A DNA stretch of 64,000 bases from Pelomyxa schiedti (taxonomy: Eukaryota > Protista > Evosea), in contig JAHLWZ010000068.1 of NCBI GenBank assembly GCA_020536535.1, positions 16,196 to 80,195 on the forward strand, read 5' to 3'. Below the pieces are notes generated by a model, which made no database searches, was not told the DNA's origin, and saw only the letters and a list, made by a program, of their open reading frames with translations. The first letter of the stretch is position 1, and every line of letters begins with the position of its first letter. Positions 43,901 through 55,847 of the stretch are shown one piece after another. Made by a program: the position numbers and the translations under genes.

Positions 43901-46900
43901 CAGGTGGAGCAGGATTCCGCGTTAGACCTTAAACCTTCTAAACAAGCAATGGCGGGAGGTTCTGTCACAAGTATGATTTTATGCCCCAAGCATGTATGGG
44001 TTGGTTCCAGTGGAAAGCCTGGATATATACAACTCTTTGATAAAGAGGTTTTTTCCCTTCATTTCTTCTCTTCTTTCACATATACCTCAGACAGCAGTCC
44101 TCTCAAAAGAATTGAAAATCCCCTCTGGTGTCCACAAGTTACTTGCCGTTGTAGCACATGTGTGGGTTACAAGTGATGACAATCTAATACGAGTCTTCAA
44201 CATGTTGGTATGCATAACGTAGTTTAAGTTAACCATCTGTACTTATTACACAGTCTCCTTCATTTGGGCGAGATCTCTCTGGACATTCCCGTCCAATTGT
44301 GGATCTTACTAATGTCAATGATAAACAAGTTTGGTCAAGTAGCTCCGATATGACGCTCAAGATGTGGTCAGCCGATGTACACGTCATATTTCCTTATAAA
44401 GCTGTAACATTCCATAGACATTTAATTGTCTAAGAACTATAGAATTCCACACGTTGATACAGAAAACTCTGCTTTACAACTCTAATATATGGATTGGCAC
44501 ACCACAAGGAATATACACCTGTGATATCAATGTAATCTTAAATAATGTGAACAGTTGAGTTAACAAATAAGAGTTAGTCACGGAAAATTACTGAGCAACC
44601 ACGAGAAAAGAACTCCGTAACAGCTATGGTCTTTGTGAGAAGTAGAAATGCCAATTCAGATGAAATCTGGACAGCACACGCAAATAACTCTATTGTTGTA
44701 TGGGATGCTACGGTGTGTTGTTACTCTCTTGAAAGTTGTATTCAACATTCTACAGCAAAAGACGCTTTCAGCTAAATTTAGCGCGGTTCGTGTTCAAGAT
44801 TTGTTGTGCCTTGGCCAACGAGTTTGGAGTTGCTCATTAGACAAGGTCCGTACAGTTCTTCAACTTCTTCGTTAACCCAAAACCCAGACAATTAAAGTGT
44901 GGGATGTTAAGGTGTGTTATCTCTCTCCTCTCTTCTTTCTTAGCCAAATAGACCAGAGCGTGCCTGTCTACCATTACCAGTGGACATACAGGATTCATTA
45001 CTTGTTTGCTATTGGTGCCTGCCCGGCTCAATTCCTCAGTGTGGAGTGGTCCGTCTGATACCTTTCTTTCATGTACTCATATGATTCAGCATCTGATGAT
45101 GGAAAAATATGTGTTTGGGAAACTCATTTCGGAAGCCATGATTTTCAGCACCATACATTGAAAGTAAATGCCCACTGTATTGTGTGCTACAAATCGATTG
45201 GACAAGGAAAAGCAGCATATCAATGTAGAGGTAAGTTATTTGTTAGTTCACAATTCATTTAGATAGTCTAATCCTATGCATAACCTATTTAGTGTGCACT
45301 GAAGTTAATGCACACCCTAAGTGTGTTCCGCTAGTTCCCTCCCACGATTTGTGCATCCCAGTTCACCACCCCATCAAAAAGGCAACAGATGTATTTAAGC
45401 GAAGGACCACACCACCCCACGTTACACGATCAACATCCAGCGATAACTTACACTCTTTTCTGAGACCTCCAAGCTCGGAGGGTAGGCAGACATCCCGCCC
45501 CCTCTCCATTCTCTTCAGTTCTCCGCCACTCCTTCCTCCTAGTGCCCTCGTAATGAATCCTTCTTACAACACACCATCCCCTACGTTGGCATCTGCAGAT
45601 GGCAGTAGTGGTGGCACTACATCAGGCAGCAACAGAGAAGAGAGTACGAGTAGTAGTAACTGCAGCAGCTATGGAGGAATTAATGTTATAACGGACTCAT
45701 TTTTACGTGAGTTTGAGCGAAATCCAGTGGCCTCTGTCCAAAAACTTGTGGCAGACAAATTGATTGCACCAAGTGCCAAGGCCGTAAGTACCACCTTCTC
45801 GTATCATTTTTGTTATGGAAAAATTTACAATAGATTGCTCAACTTTTCTTGGATAACGATTCCTCTTTGAACCGGACTGCTTTATGCGAATATCTTGCTG
45901 AAAGGACCGACGTGCTCCACGAATATGCGCAAATGCAAGACTTCTCCATACTAGATTTTGAGATGGCTCTGAGGCGATGGGTGGGGGTCTTTATATCACT
46001 GAAGGCTCCACCAAAGATGGAAGTAGTGATGACTGAATTTGCACAGCGCGTCTGTGCCACACTTCCTGAGCGTGAGATGTTTTCAACACCGGAAGTCGTT
46101 AAGATTTTGGCTACCGATTGCATTGCACTAAGTAATTCTCTGCATGCGCCACAAGCTGTATTTCGAACGTCATTGCAAAAGTGGACCGACACGCATGCAA
46201 CTATAAACAAGGCAGAGCTGCCAAGGTTGAGTTTTCTATTTGGCTCAATTCCAATCTAATTCAGCAAAGAGATTTTTTGGAGCACCTTTACAATCAAATT
46301 TTGGATTGCCAACTCGACTCCATGAACCTGGCACAAGCCCCAATCATGCAAGGCATGCTCATCAAAAAGGGGAACGTGACAAACAGCCCCAAGTGGTGCG
46401 TTCTCAATCGGACGCAGCTAAACATCTTCAAGACCGCCAAGGCATGTAACCCCCAACAGCACAGCACAACCGCCGGCTTCTCACTTCTTCCAACTCCATA
46501 ATCACTTCGCAAACGCAAACCAAAAGCATTTGGCGTTTTCTCTCCTCTAACAATTCCCGCAGTCGCCAACAGCGGACTACATGCTGCCCACGCACACGCT
46601 AGAAGCCAAGCAAAACACACCCACGACGGTCATCATACAGACGCCGTCGTCGAGCACGGCCCTGTTCCTCCTGTGCAAATCAGCATACACAGCCAAAGCC
46701 TGGATGCGGGCCCTGTCCGCGGCCTCCGCGGCCACGTCGCACGCCGTCCTGGCCCCGCCGTCGCTGCTGCCCTCGCCTTCGACGTCCCCTTCACTGCCTT
46801 CTGCTTCTGCTTCAGCTTCTGCCTCGGCTTCACCACCACCCACAATTCTGCAGCAACTGCAACAGCAACTGCCACCGCCACCACAGTCACAGTCATCACC

Positions 46901-47021
46901 ATCGGGTTCGGAAACAACAAAGGCACCCCCGGCAATTACAATATCATCCTCCTCCACTGGAGCTACACCCACGTACAGGCACTCACATTCCCGGTCGAAA
47001 GAGAAGGACACAAAAGGCTAG
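40934..47021 (+). CDS. multidomain scaffold: low-complexity region, coiled coil, Pro-rich region, WD40 propeller, C1 domain, degenerate Sec7, PH
   Basis: WD40 segments GHSRPI..VWSSSSDMTLKMW and GHTGFITCL..SASDDGKICVW. C1 is HDFQHH..HCIVCYKSI..YQCR|VC...HPKC. Sec7-like DFEMALRRW..EFAQR..LPRDFLEHLYNQI. PH is QGMLIKKG..KWCVL..KAWMRAL. Confidence 0.75.
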
Positions 47022-47323
47022 TGACAGGATGGGGCTCTCTTTTCAAAAGGAAGAAGGCCTTCCACGTTTAAGTGTTTCTTATAGTAAGGGGATTTAAAAC
47101 AAGCCTCTGTTTCCTTTGTGAGCGGCACTGCGAACTTAAATTAAAAAAAGCAAAAAAGCCTAAGATCAAGCATTGCCATCTCTGAAGAGCGGAAATTTCG
47201 CGGAAAGCGGCCTCTTTCGCTTGTTCAATTGAATTTGTCCGCCGGGGTTCTGTGACACTCGCAACGTAGCCGCTAGTGGGCGAACGACGAGGGAAAAGAG
47301 GGAGAGAGCTTAGGGGAGAGAAG

Positions 47324-48571
47324 ATGCCATGTGTGTGCGATCCTGAGATACAAGACGGCCACGAGTACGTGAAGTGGGTTGCGACCGTATTTCAGACTTG
47401 CGTGTACAGCCCCACCGATGTGGCCGCTTTTATGCTCGGACTCGTCAACATCGGATTTTGGTTGTTTGCTCAGGTTGGTTCCGGTCTGTTTCTTTCTTTC
47501 TTTGTTTGTTTGTTTGTTTCTTCATTTTATTTGTGACGTTAGTGGCTTCTTTCTTCCACCCAAAAAAAAAAAAAAAAAGCAAGCGCAGTATATTGTTCCA
47601 TCAATTCTTACCAATTTTAGATACCGCAAGTGGTGGCCACTTGCAAGGTTGGAAGTGCTGAAGCATTGTCATTCTTGTTTGTCTTCACTTGGCTCACTGG
47701 AGATATCACAAACCTACTTGGATGCGTGATGACTTACCAGCTTCCTACTCAAACATACACTGCAGTTTACTTCTGCATCGTGGATGGCGTCATGATGTTT
47801 CAGTGGGTTCTATTCAGCTGCCGTGCCCGGCGGCGAAACAAATACCGCATCGTTAAAGATGTTGAGCTCTCTGTAACTCCAACTATAAACGAAGAAACAC
47901 ATCCTCCTGCACCAGCAACATCGAATACTGCACTATTGTGTATACTACTCTTCATTACACTAATACGCATGTCAACTACCATGCTGGGGGGACTCTCTGG
48001 TGAAAGAACAGAGGTGACAACCGTAAATTCTGTTCCAATCAATCAACATCATCAAAGAGTTCTTCTACAGTATGATGAAGACTTACACATAGCCCTATCA
48101 CCGGCCGCAATAGATAGTATTTTCCAGTATACTAGTTGGACTTCCAGTCAACTGGATTCCATGTCAAGTTCCTCGAGTAGCAATACCACAGAAACACAAA
48201 GGATTTGCCCGAAGCCCCCAGACGAGATGCCGCTTGCAAGAAGAATTGTAGGAGACATCTGTGCGTGGCTCTCTGGCCTACTGTATTTCTTTGGCAGAAT
48301 TCCGCAAGTATATCACAACTACAAGCGGCGATCAGTCAAAGACCTGTCTTGGTTCATGTTTGCTTGTGCATTCATGGGCAATACATGTTACGGTCTCAGC
48401 ATTGTACTGATGAAGCTGGACTGGTCAGACCCAGAGTTCTGGGAGAATGTGTTCCCTTATATTCTTGGCAGCTGGTTCACCATGATTTGGCCACTGTTAG
48501 TCCTTGTCCAGTATTTCTACTATGGGTTCTGGACACAAAGAAAGCGCTACAATGCACTGGCAGACCCCTAA
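47324..48571 (+). CDS. PQ-loop lysosomal/vacuolar amino acid transporter (PQLC2/Ypq-like)
   Basis: Two PQ motifs, WLFAQ|IPQV..LSFLFVFTWLTGDITNLLG and YFFGRIPQVYHNYKRRSVKDLS, with about 7 hydrophobic segments. Confidence 0.88.
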
Positions 48572-48759
48572 AAAAAAATAAAACACCTGAACAAATGATA
48601 GCCACGATACATATATCTGTCTTACGTAACACCCATTGAGTTTAGAAACACCAAAACTATCTCGTTCACAATTCTCCCCAAAACAGTGCCGCGCTGGGGT
48701 ATTATTCAATCTTGAAGTCTGTATCAAGTTGATGTTTTCTCCAAAAAAACGACGATAAG

Positions 48760-51058
48760 ATGGACGTTTGGGGGGCGGCGGTGCTGATGGCATTTCTATT
48801 TGTGAGTCGCTGCGACGCTGGTACCACTAAATTGTTTTGTTTACTGCTTGGACGTCCATCACACCTAATGGATGACTGTCACAAGGGATTGGAGGCATCA
48901 ATTATGAAGAACGAGCTGTGAGAATTGTGGACTCCCGGTCTAATTTCCCTAGGTTGGTGACTTGTTGTTGTTGTGGGTTGGATGCCAACTTATTGGTCAC
49001 AAGATTGGTGTTTTTCACAAATGACTTTTCATTTGACTCCATCACGAGCAATTTCTGTGCCTCTCCCAACGGCTGCGTTGTTAACGGAGAAATAACATTT
49101 GATTCATGCCAGTGGTCATTATATCTCGAGGTAGTGAGGGTTTTTTTGTCCCCATTTATTGTCACTAACACTGCATTTTTCAGTCCATTTTGCTTCTCCC
49201 TCTGCTGTTTGTTTTGATAGGGATACTGGGAATTCTTGCTGGAATTGTATTTTGGTCATTCCGAGCATGCTGCTTTGGTGGATGCAATCCTTCCAAGGGT
49301 GCCAATAGCTCCTTTTTTTAAGTATAATAGTGACACAAATAGGTTGCTGCTGTCCAGGAGAAAAACTAGATATATCAAAAGGAGAAGGCTATACCAAATG
49401 TGTAGCCTGGTCCACGAAAATATCAATTTATACTCTAACGTTTGGTTCGTGGTAAGTTTGCTTTCTTTCTTTTTTTCTTGTAAGACTATTGGAAGTGTTG
49501 CTTTAATTGCTCTCATTCTTGGAAACTCGAATGTCACCAGTACTGTAGATGGTGAGTGGGCATTCAGATGCTCAGTAAGTCTCACATCCATTAAGGGGTG
49601 TCCTACAGTGTGCTTAATGCATCAGGCACTATTTTAGACTCACTTGTGTACATTGATGAACAATTGGTGTACTTGGAATCACTGCAACTTCCGCAATATC
49701 AAGAAAATATCTCAGCCCAACTTGAACCTGTACTCGATACCATGCAGGAAGCTTACGATACCATTGACAGTACTTTTGTGGATGTCTCATATTACAATAC
49801 CTGGAGGTATGATAAATAATTTGTGCCCCACTGAGGCTTCTGTTTTCTGCAGGGCAGGAGTTACTCTTGCCTGCTCCTGTCTCCCCATTGCACTTGCTCT
49901 ACTGGCGAGCGTTGGAGCCATCTTTGGGTTCTCTAAACTTGTTTACCCGTTTGCCATAAGTGGGGTTTTCTTTGTGTTCCTGTCTTGGCTGTTATTTGCC
50001 ATACATTTCTCATTGGGTACTGCTCTAGCTGATGGCATTGTGCTGAGCAGAGAAGCCAATTCTCAAAATCTTCGACTCTCTGACTTGGTATTCGACTGCG
50101 ATAATAATACTGATCTGCAGGAAATGGAACAAGTTAAATTTATACTAATTATACCAATTTTTACATCATTCAGTTGGCCTATGATGGATTGGATGATACA
50201 GTTGCAGTGTGCATTCACTGTATTTTCAATAAAAATAAAAATCAGCAAGGGGATTTGCTCGTTACTTGATGAAATGTGCAACCAGGTTACTATACCTTGC
50301 AACTCAGGTGGTACGGAAAGTGAATGCCATGTCGCACAATGTCCTGCAGATCCATCTCAAAATTGTACTTCTGACAATGTTTTGATGTATCAGTCAATTG
50401 TTGCTCCTCACAATGACTTTCAACTCACTTTTTGTTTTTTGCCTATAGATTGTAGCAGATATTCTCCAGGGCTGTGCTGACCCTACTTATGTTGATCCAC
50501 AACAGTATGTCTCTGTTTTTGCCCACTGACCAGTGAAATTCTCGCCAAAGATGCCCTGGGGAAAACTGCTCCACATTTGTAACTTGTGTTACATTACCTA
50601 TGTACACAATTGAATACTGTCAAGACAACTGTTCCTCTGGCGAGATGCAAAATGCTTCCCTGGTTCTTGCTAATTCGTTTCTGGCTTATGACTTGTACAT
50701 CTTGCATTGACCACTGACCTTTTGTAACTTCTTTACGTCGTTAGATACGTTGACTTACTTTACGAAGAAGTGCTCCCAATTGTCAACTGCAGCATTATTA
50801 ACGGAATGTATGATGATTTGTACAACCTTGTTACAGTATCCGCTATGTACCTCTCATGCCAATTAATGACAAGTGGCTAAAATGTGATTCCGCACTAGGG
50901 TTTCAGTGAATACCATTGCCGTGGCAGAATTCTTTGCTGGCATAGCTTTCTTGGGACTCTGGATAGCGACTATATTTGGAGTTAAGCGTGTATCCAAAGC
51001 AGCAAGGAAAGGCTATAGCCTTCTTTCCACAAAAGAACCTGGAACACAAAACACTTGA
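48760..51058 (+). CDS. multi-pass membrane protein with Cys-rich extracellular loops (tweety/prominin-like layout)
   Basis: Several TM segments (ILLLPLLFVLIGILGILAGIVFW, CLPIALALLASVGAIFGF, FFVFLSWLLFAIHFSLG) and Cys-rich loops, joined by short introns. Confidence 0.5.
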
Positions 51059-51146
51059 TCACTCCCTAAAGAAATACAATTCCTTAGCCCTGTATTTATC
51101 TTAATAAACAATAGGGAGATGGAGACATGTCCCTTTCTGAATCCAG

Positions 51147-51358
51147 AAAAAAAAAAAATAGAAGGACAAAGAGGAGAGGGCAGAATCGAGGCTTGATTTA
51201 CGGATCGAAGCACCGGAACCTGAAACCGGCCCATTAGACCACTCTGGCACATGGCATTCCTGCCATGGAGGGGTTCGAACCCTCGAGCTTGTGGTGCCCG
51301 TATTATGAGAATGGGCCCACATCCTCCAAGCTTGTAACCAACATGTGAGCCTCTCCCC
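51147..51358 (-). ncRNA. predicted ~210-nt structured Pol III-type transcript enclosing the permuted tRNA fold
   Basis: GGGGAGAGG (51358-51350) can pair with CCTCTCCTC (51179-51171). There is a hairpin GGCTCACAT/ATGTGGGCC and a helix TACGGG/TCCGTA next to the variable stem. T12 lies at 51158-51147. Confidence 0.5.
51206..51290 (-). tRNA. circularly permuted tRNA-Leu(CAG) gene or tRNA mimic (3' half upstream of 5' half, junction in the variable arm)
   Basis: The minus strand reads AAGC TC GAGGG-TTCGAAC-CCCTC CATGGCA GGAA TGCCATG TG CCAG-AGTGGTCTA-ATGG G CCGGT-TTCAGGT-TCCGG T GCTT CG. This gives a perfect T-arm, a 7-bp acceptor stem, a Leu-type D-loop, a CAG anticodon (51222-51220) with G37, and a variable stem GCTT/AAGC. 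Confidence 0.8.
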
Positions 51359-51490
51359 AAGAGTTCATAGACATCAACAGCCATTAAAAGCTCGAAAAAA
51401 ACTACCTGACCAGCAGTTATGGGTTTCCGTTCTTCCCGGTTGAAAATTTTCAAAGACACACTTGTTATTTATTTCCTTTTCTTGCAGCAC

Positions 51491-52070
51491 ATGGTAATCA
51501 GCAGTTTCTTCTTGCGGCTGTCAAGGAATGCAGTACTGCCTCTTATTTTGCACGCGCCGATGACCCATAAGTTGAATGACTTGATGCTGCAAGTACGCAT
51601 ACGCCGCGCCGTTTCGGCCTCGACATTTTGTTGGAGTCATTTCACTGTTGCCGTTTCATCCTTTCTTCCTTGGTAGAAACTCATTTCCTGTTTGCACGAT
51701 GTGCTTGTCGGCCATGTGCTGTGGAAAAATGACACTGCCGTCATCGACCCCGGGGGTGTTGATGTGACCCACAGGAAATACGTCGACGCTGGTACGTAGT
51801 CCTCAGTTTCCCCTATATCATAAAACCTTATGACTGGCCAAAAAAATCATGACCATTCCCACATATATATCTCTTCAAAGATGAAACACTTCGCTTCGAG
51901 TATTACTTCCGGCCTGCTGCAAAGTACTGCTGCCTCGTACCTGCTGCAAACGGTGAGTGTTATCTCGCCAGTATTGTACATGGACCTAACGCAAACAAAA
52001 CAGGCCTCTATGATGGACACACTGTGTGTCGCCACACCCTCGTTGTTGAACTTTTGAACCACAAGATATA
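51491..52070 (+). CDS. small hypothetical protein (3 exons)
   Basis: Frame-preserving GTACGC..TAG and GTACGT..AAG introns give ..MTHKLNDLMLQ|KLISCLHDVLVGHVLW..YVDA|DETLRFEYY..LLNHKI*. Confidence 0.4.
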
Positions 52071-52367
52071 GGGTAATTTGTTGTTGTCGTCGTCAAGCAG
52101 CCGAAAGATTTCCATGTCCGTTTTAGTGTACGTTTGACAGCTTGGCGTCAATCCCCGGATCTCGAGTTGCACAAGCGAAAAGATCTTCGATTTCTTGTAT
52201 TTTTTTTTTCTAAAAAACCACCGGCAGTTCTTGAAAAAAACCCAAAAGAAACAAAAAGAAAACAAATCGAGGGAAACACCGACACGCCGAGAGGACCGTA
52301 CGCAGTACAGGCGAAGATCTACAGTCAGAAGGACACAGTACAGCCATAACAACAGATCTTCGCTACT

Positions 52368-54491
52368 ATGGCAACACGTAAGGGATCCACGGCGGGTGTC
52401 ACTGAGCCGGCACCTCCTAGTACTGCTACTAGTACTACTGAGAAGGGCAACACCATACAAAATATGATCCAGTTCTTGAGTATTTTTAAGAACGGTCTCC
52501 TTGAACTTACAGGTGCCCTTTCTCCGACTTTGTTTGCATGGAGTAACACTTTTTTGTGTGTTTCTTGGGTACAGTTCTTGGGGGACAAAATCTGTACACC
52601 AAGTCTGGAAAGAAGCCTAGACCTTTTTGTGCTGTATTTCTTATTGATGCTTCGGTTGGAACTGGAACGGACCCTCAGGCACAAGGCCATCTTATTGATA
52701 AAACCGATGTTGCGGACTCTTCACCCGTGAATCCAACCTGGTATCTTCGAATCCCCACAATTGTTTCTAACTGCTTTGAAGGGGAAAAACCTTTCCAATG
52801 TTTACTACTCCAATTCTAATTCACCCTGCACTAATACCCTGACAGAGAGATTCCACCAGGGACTAAGAAAATTCAAATTCATGTCATTAGTCATCACAGA
52901 TTAGGGAAAAATAGGTTGATAGGTGTATGCGAAATTGATTTAGCTTCAGTAACTCAAAACTACTGGTACACTCCCAGGATTATCTGTAAACTAATCCAAT
53001 CATTCTCTCAACAGGGAGGTTGAGCCAACATTATTTGACCTCGTCCAGGATAAAGCTGCCAAGGAGAAAGGGAAATTACAATTGAAGTGGAGCTGGACAT
53101 CAGCTTTCGCTCGAAATAATGACTTCCGCTTGGCATTCATGCATTACAAAAAAATTACACCCGTACTTACAGATGCAAAATTATTTTGGGTAACTTCAAC
53201 AAGGTCCTCTTTGCAAACGGTTTTCACGTTTCACTTGCCATTTGCAATGCACTATCATCTGAAGATATGGTGGCAGTTGCTCTCATCCGCATATTCAACA
53301 GCCAGAGGTTGGCTGCACCTCTTGTGTTGAGATTGTTACAGGGAGACATAGACACCAACTTAAGAAGTTGAAACTACAACATGAAATTCTATAATTAACA
53401 TTCATCACTAGCAACCACAGCTGGTAATACTCTTTTCCGAAGAGACTCTATGGCCACAAGAATGTGTTCGCACTATTTCAAGCTTATTGGATTCAAATAT
53501 CTCTATGACACACTTTCCACCCGGATAAATACTTTACTTTCTGATACTACACGCTACGAGATCGATCCACATAGAATAAGGTAAATCTGGTCAGTTTGAG
53601 AAGGTTTTAACTGGTTTAGGTCTGGAGAGGACATTCATGTGAACTCTGAGCGGCTTGTCGCTGCAGTAAATGAGATTCTATCTGCCATTTTTGCTTCAAC
53701 AGGAAGAATTCCATTGTATGGTCTCCTCCAATTTTCAGTGCTTATACTTTGAAGGAATATGAGATTACTATTGCTTCAGGTGAAAGCATATTTAGAGGAA
53801 CGTGGGAAACCCACTCTTACACCAGTGGTGATAGTGAACCTCTTCTTTTTGCGTTACTTGTGTCCTGCCATCTTCCTCCCTGAGGGCTGTTATCTCGTTG
53901 AGAGTATAATACCGACTTGCTATTCTTCCCCCTCTCATTATTCATACCAGAGCCAGTTGAGGTCACCCCAGAAGGAAGGAGGGTACTAACCCTGATGACG
54001 AAGATTATCCAGACACTAGCAACGGGTGTTAGACAAGAGTATTTTCGGCTTACAATTACGCGTCATTGATTTGTTTACAGAGATTCCACTCTTGAGCCTT
54101 TCATGCACCCATTACTCCCAATGCTTCAGCCTATGCGAGCCGCAACTGATGCCTTTGTTGCTAACCTTCTTGTAGCTTCTCTTAATACTTAAATTTACTT
54201 TCAACTTATTAATCCCTAGGAGCCAATTACAGTGGGCCCTGCTGATGAGTTCCATTCCAGGTTGGAAGATGATGACTACCCAAAGTTGCTCTCTGTTGTG
54301 GTGTGCCTCTTAAACCTTTTTCCATCGAGGTGGTCTGACTCCTTTGCAAGGTAAACAAGATGCATGGCAAATGGGAGAAAATAGAAAAAGAACTAGCAAT
54401 AGTGCATGAATCCTCTGCAACGCCCCCAGATATTAAGGCTAACATAGATGCGGAGTTTGGTGTTCTCAAAGGACTCCTTAAAACCACTTAA
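52368..54491 (+). CDS. Ras GTPase-activating protein with N-terminal C2 domain
   Basis: C2-like LLELT|VLGGQNL..PFCAV..NPTW..IGVCEIDL. RasGAP motifs NTLFRRDSMAT (arginine finger), FFLRYLCPAIFLPE and LTLMTKIIQTLA. Confidence 0.88.
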
Positions 54492-54659
54492 GCAACAAAC
54501 ACATTATCCCTATCCACAAATGACTATCACTACCCCAAAAATAAAAAAATTTTCCATTGCCATAGTTATAAGCCAGTTTTTCTTTCTTTCTTTCTTTGCC
54601 ACAGAGAAAACCCAAACCCACAGGGTGTGGTGACTAACCACAAACACTTGACACCATAA

Positions 54660-55779
54660 TCACTCGTCCTCATCAGCAAAGGAGAGCCTTGAGGGGTTGT
54701 TTACACCCCTTTCCCGTTCGGCATCCTTCAAAGCACTCACGGCAGCAGCGGCGGCTTCCGCGGCCGTCTTCTTGCCTGAGGACGCTGCCTTGGCTCGTTC
54801 CATGTCCTCCTTTTTCTTGCGTGATGAAGCGGTGGAGTGTGCGGAACCAATGACTGCTGCCGATTTGCTCTTGGAAGCCGATGTGGAAGCAGTAGAAGAT
54901 GATGAGGTTGTTGATGAGGTTGCTGCTGTTGATGATGACGATGACGATGGGGATGAGGGTGGAAGGGTTCCCGGGACAGTTCGTGATCGCTTGGTGAATG
55001 CGTGGTCGCTGGGTACTGTGTCACTGCCTGGGTCGCCATGGGGCCTCTTGACTCTCCTCTGGCCATAGGGGTCAGGTTCGGATTCCGGCTGTGCAGTCTC
55101 GGGTGCTTGGTCCTGTGGTGTAGGTGCGGTGGTTGCAGTTGCGTCTGTGGATGATGGCGCTGCCGTGGTGGAGGAAGAGGGATCCGACGGCGTTTCATCG
55201 GGGTGAGTCGTGGCACCGACCGAGGATGTTATGGGGAGCGCCTTGATTTCACTCAAAACGAACGGGTCATCGTAGTCGTCCTCATCATCGTCACCCGGGT
55301 TGGTGCCGTGTATTTCCTCGTACTGCTCGCGCTCTCGCCTCTTTTCCTCCAACAGCCTGGCAACCACAACTGACTCTGGCTCGTCCTCCTCGTCGTTGTC
55401 GGGCTTCTTGGAACCAAGTCCAGCGTGCTCGCCATCAGTTGTGGGTCCCCATTTGTCAGATAGCTTTGGGTCAGGCCTCACTGAAGACTGTAATCCTTGC
55501 AGAAACTTCGGAGTCTGGTACGAAGACAAGAGAAAAAATAAGACGACAAGGCCCATAATCCACACTATCACTTAATCATGGGACCGTGTGTAACATGCTT
55601 TTGCTTGTGGTTGTTTATATGGATGTACAGCCTCCCGTACGGAAAACGGAGAGGGGAGGGGGAAAAAACGAAAGATGACATACGGGTTTCGTGTAGACCA
55701 TGTTTCCCAACTTGACGTCATGATCCCTGCCCTCTCGCACCTTAACTTTCGGTGGTTTCCTCCCCTGCTTCCCACTCAT
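54660..55779 (-). CDS. DUF4604 / KIAA1143-like protein
   Basis: MVYTKP|TPKFLQGL, DEPESVVV and a C-terminal RLSFADEDE. Confidence 0.6.
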
Positions 55780-55847
55780 CACCCCGGCTCTCACACAAAT
55801 CGATTTGATATCTGCTCCGGCCGCGGCGGAGGGAAAAAAAAAAAGCG

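Noticed and set aside
47158-47175. gcctaagatcaag resembles the U2 snRNA 5' region
   Set aside because: It is not followed by the GTAGTA branch-recognition sequence, and there is no U2 stem I or Sm site.
51206-51290. Ordinary tRNA, intron-containing tRNA, or remnant of a head-to-tail tRNA tandem
   Set aside because: There is no T-arm downstream of the 5' half before the T12 tract and no D-arm upstream of the 3' half. The flanks pair with each other, and the second copy keeps the permuted order.
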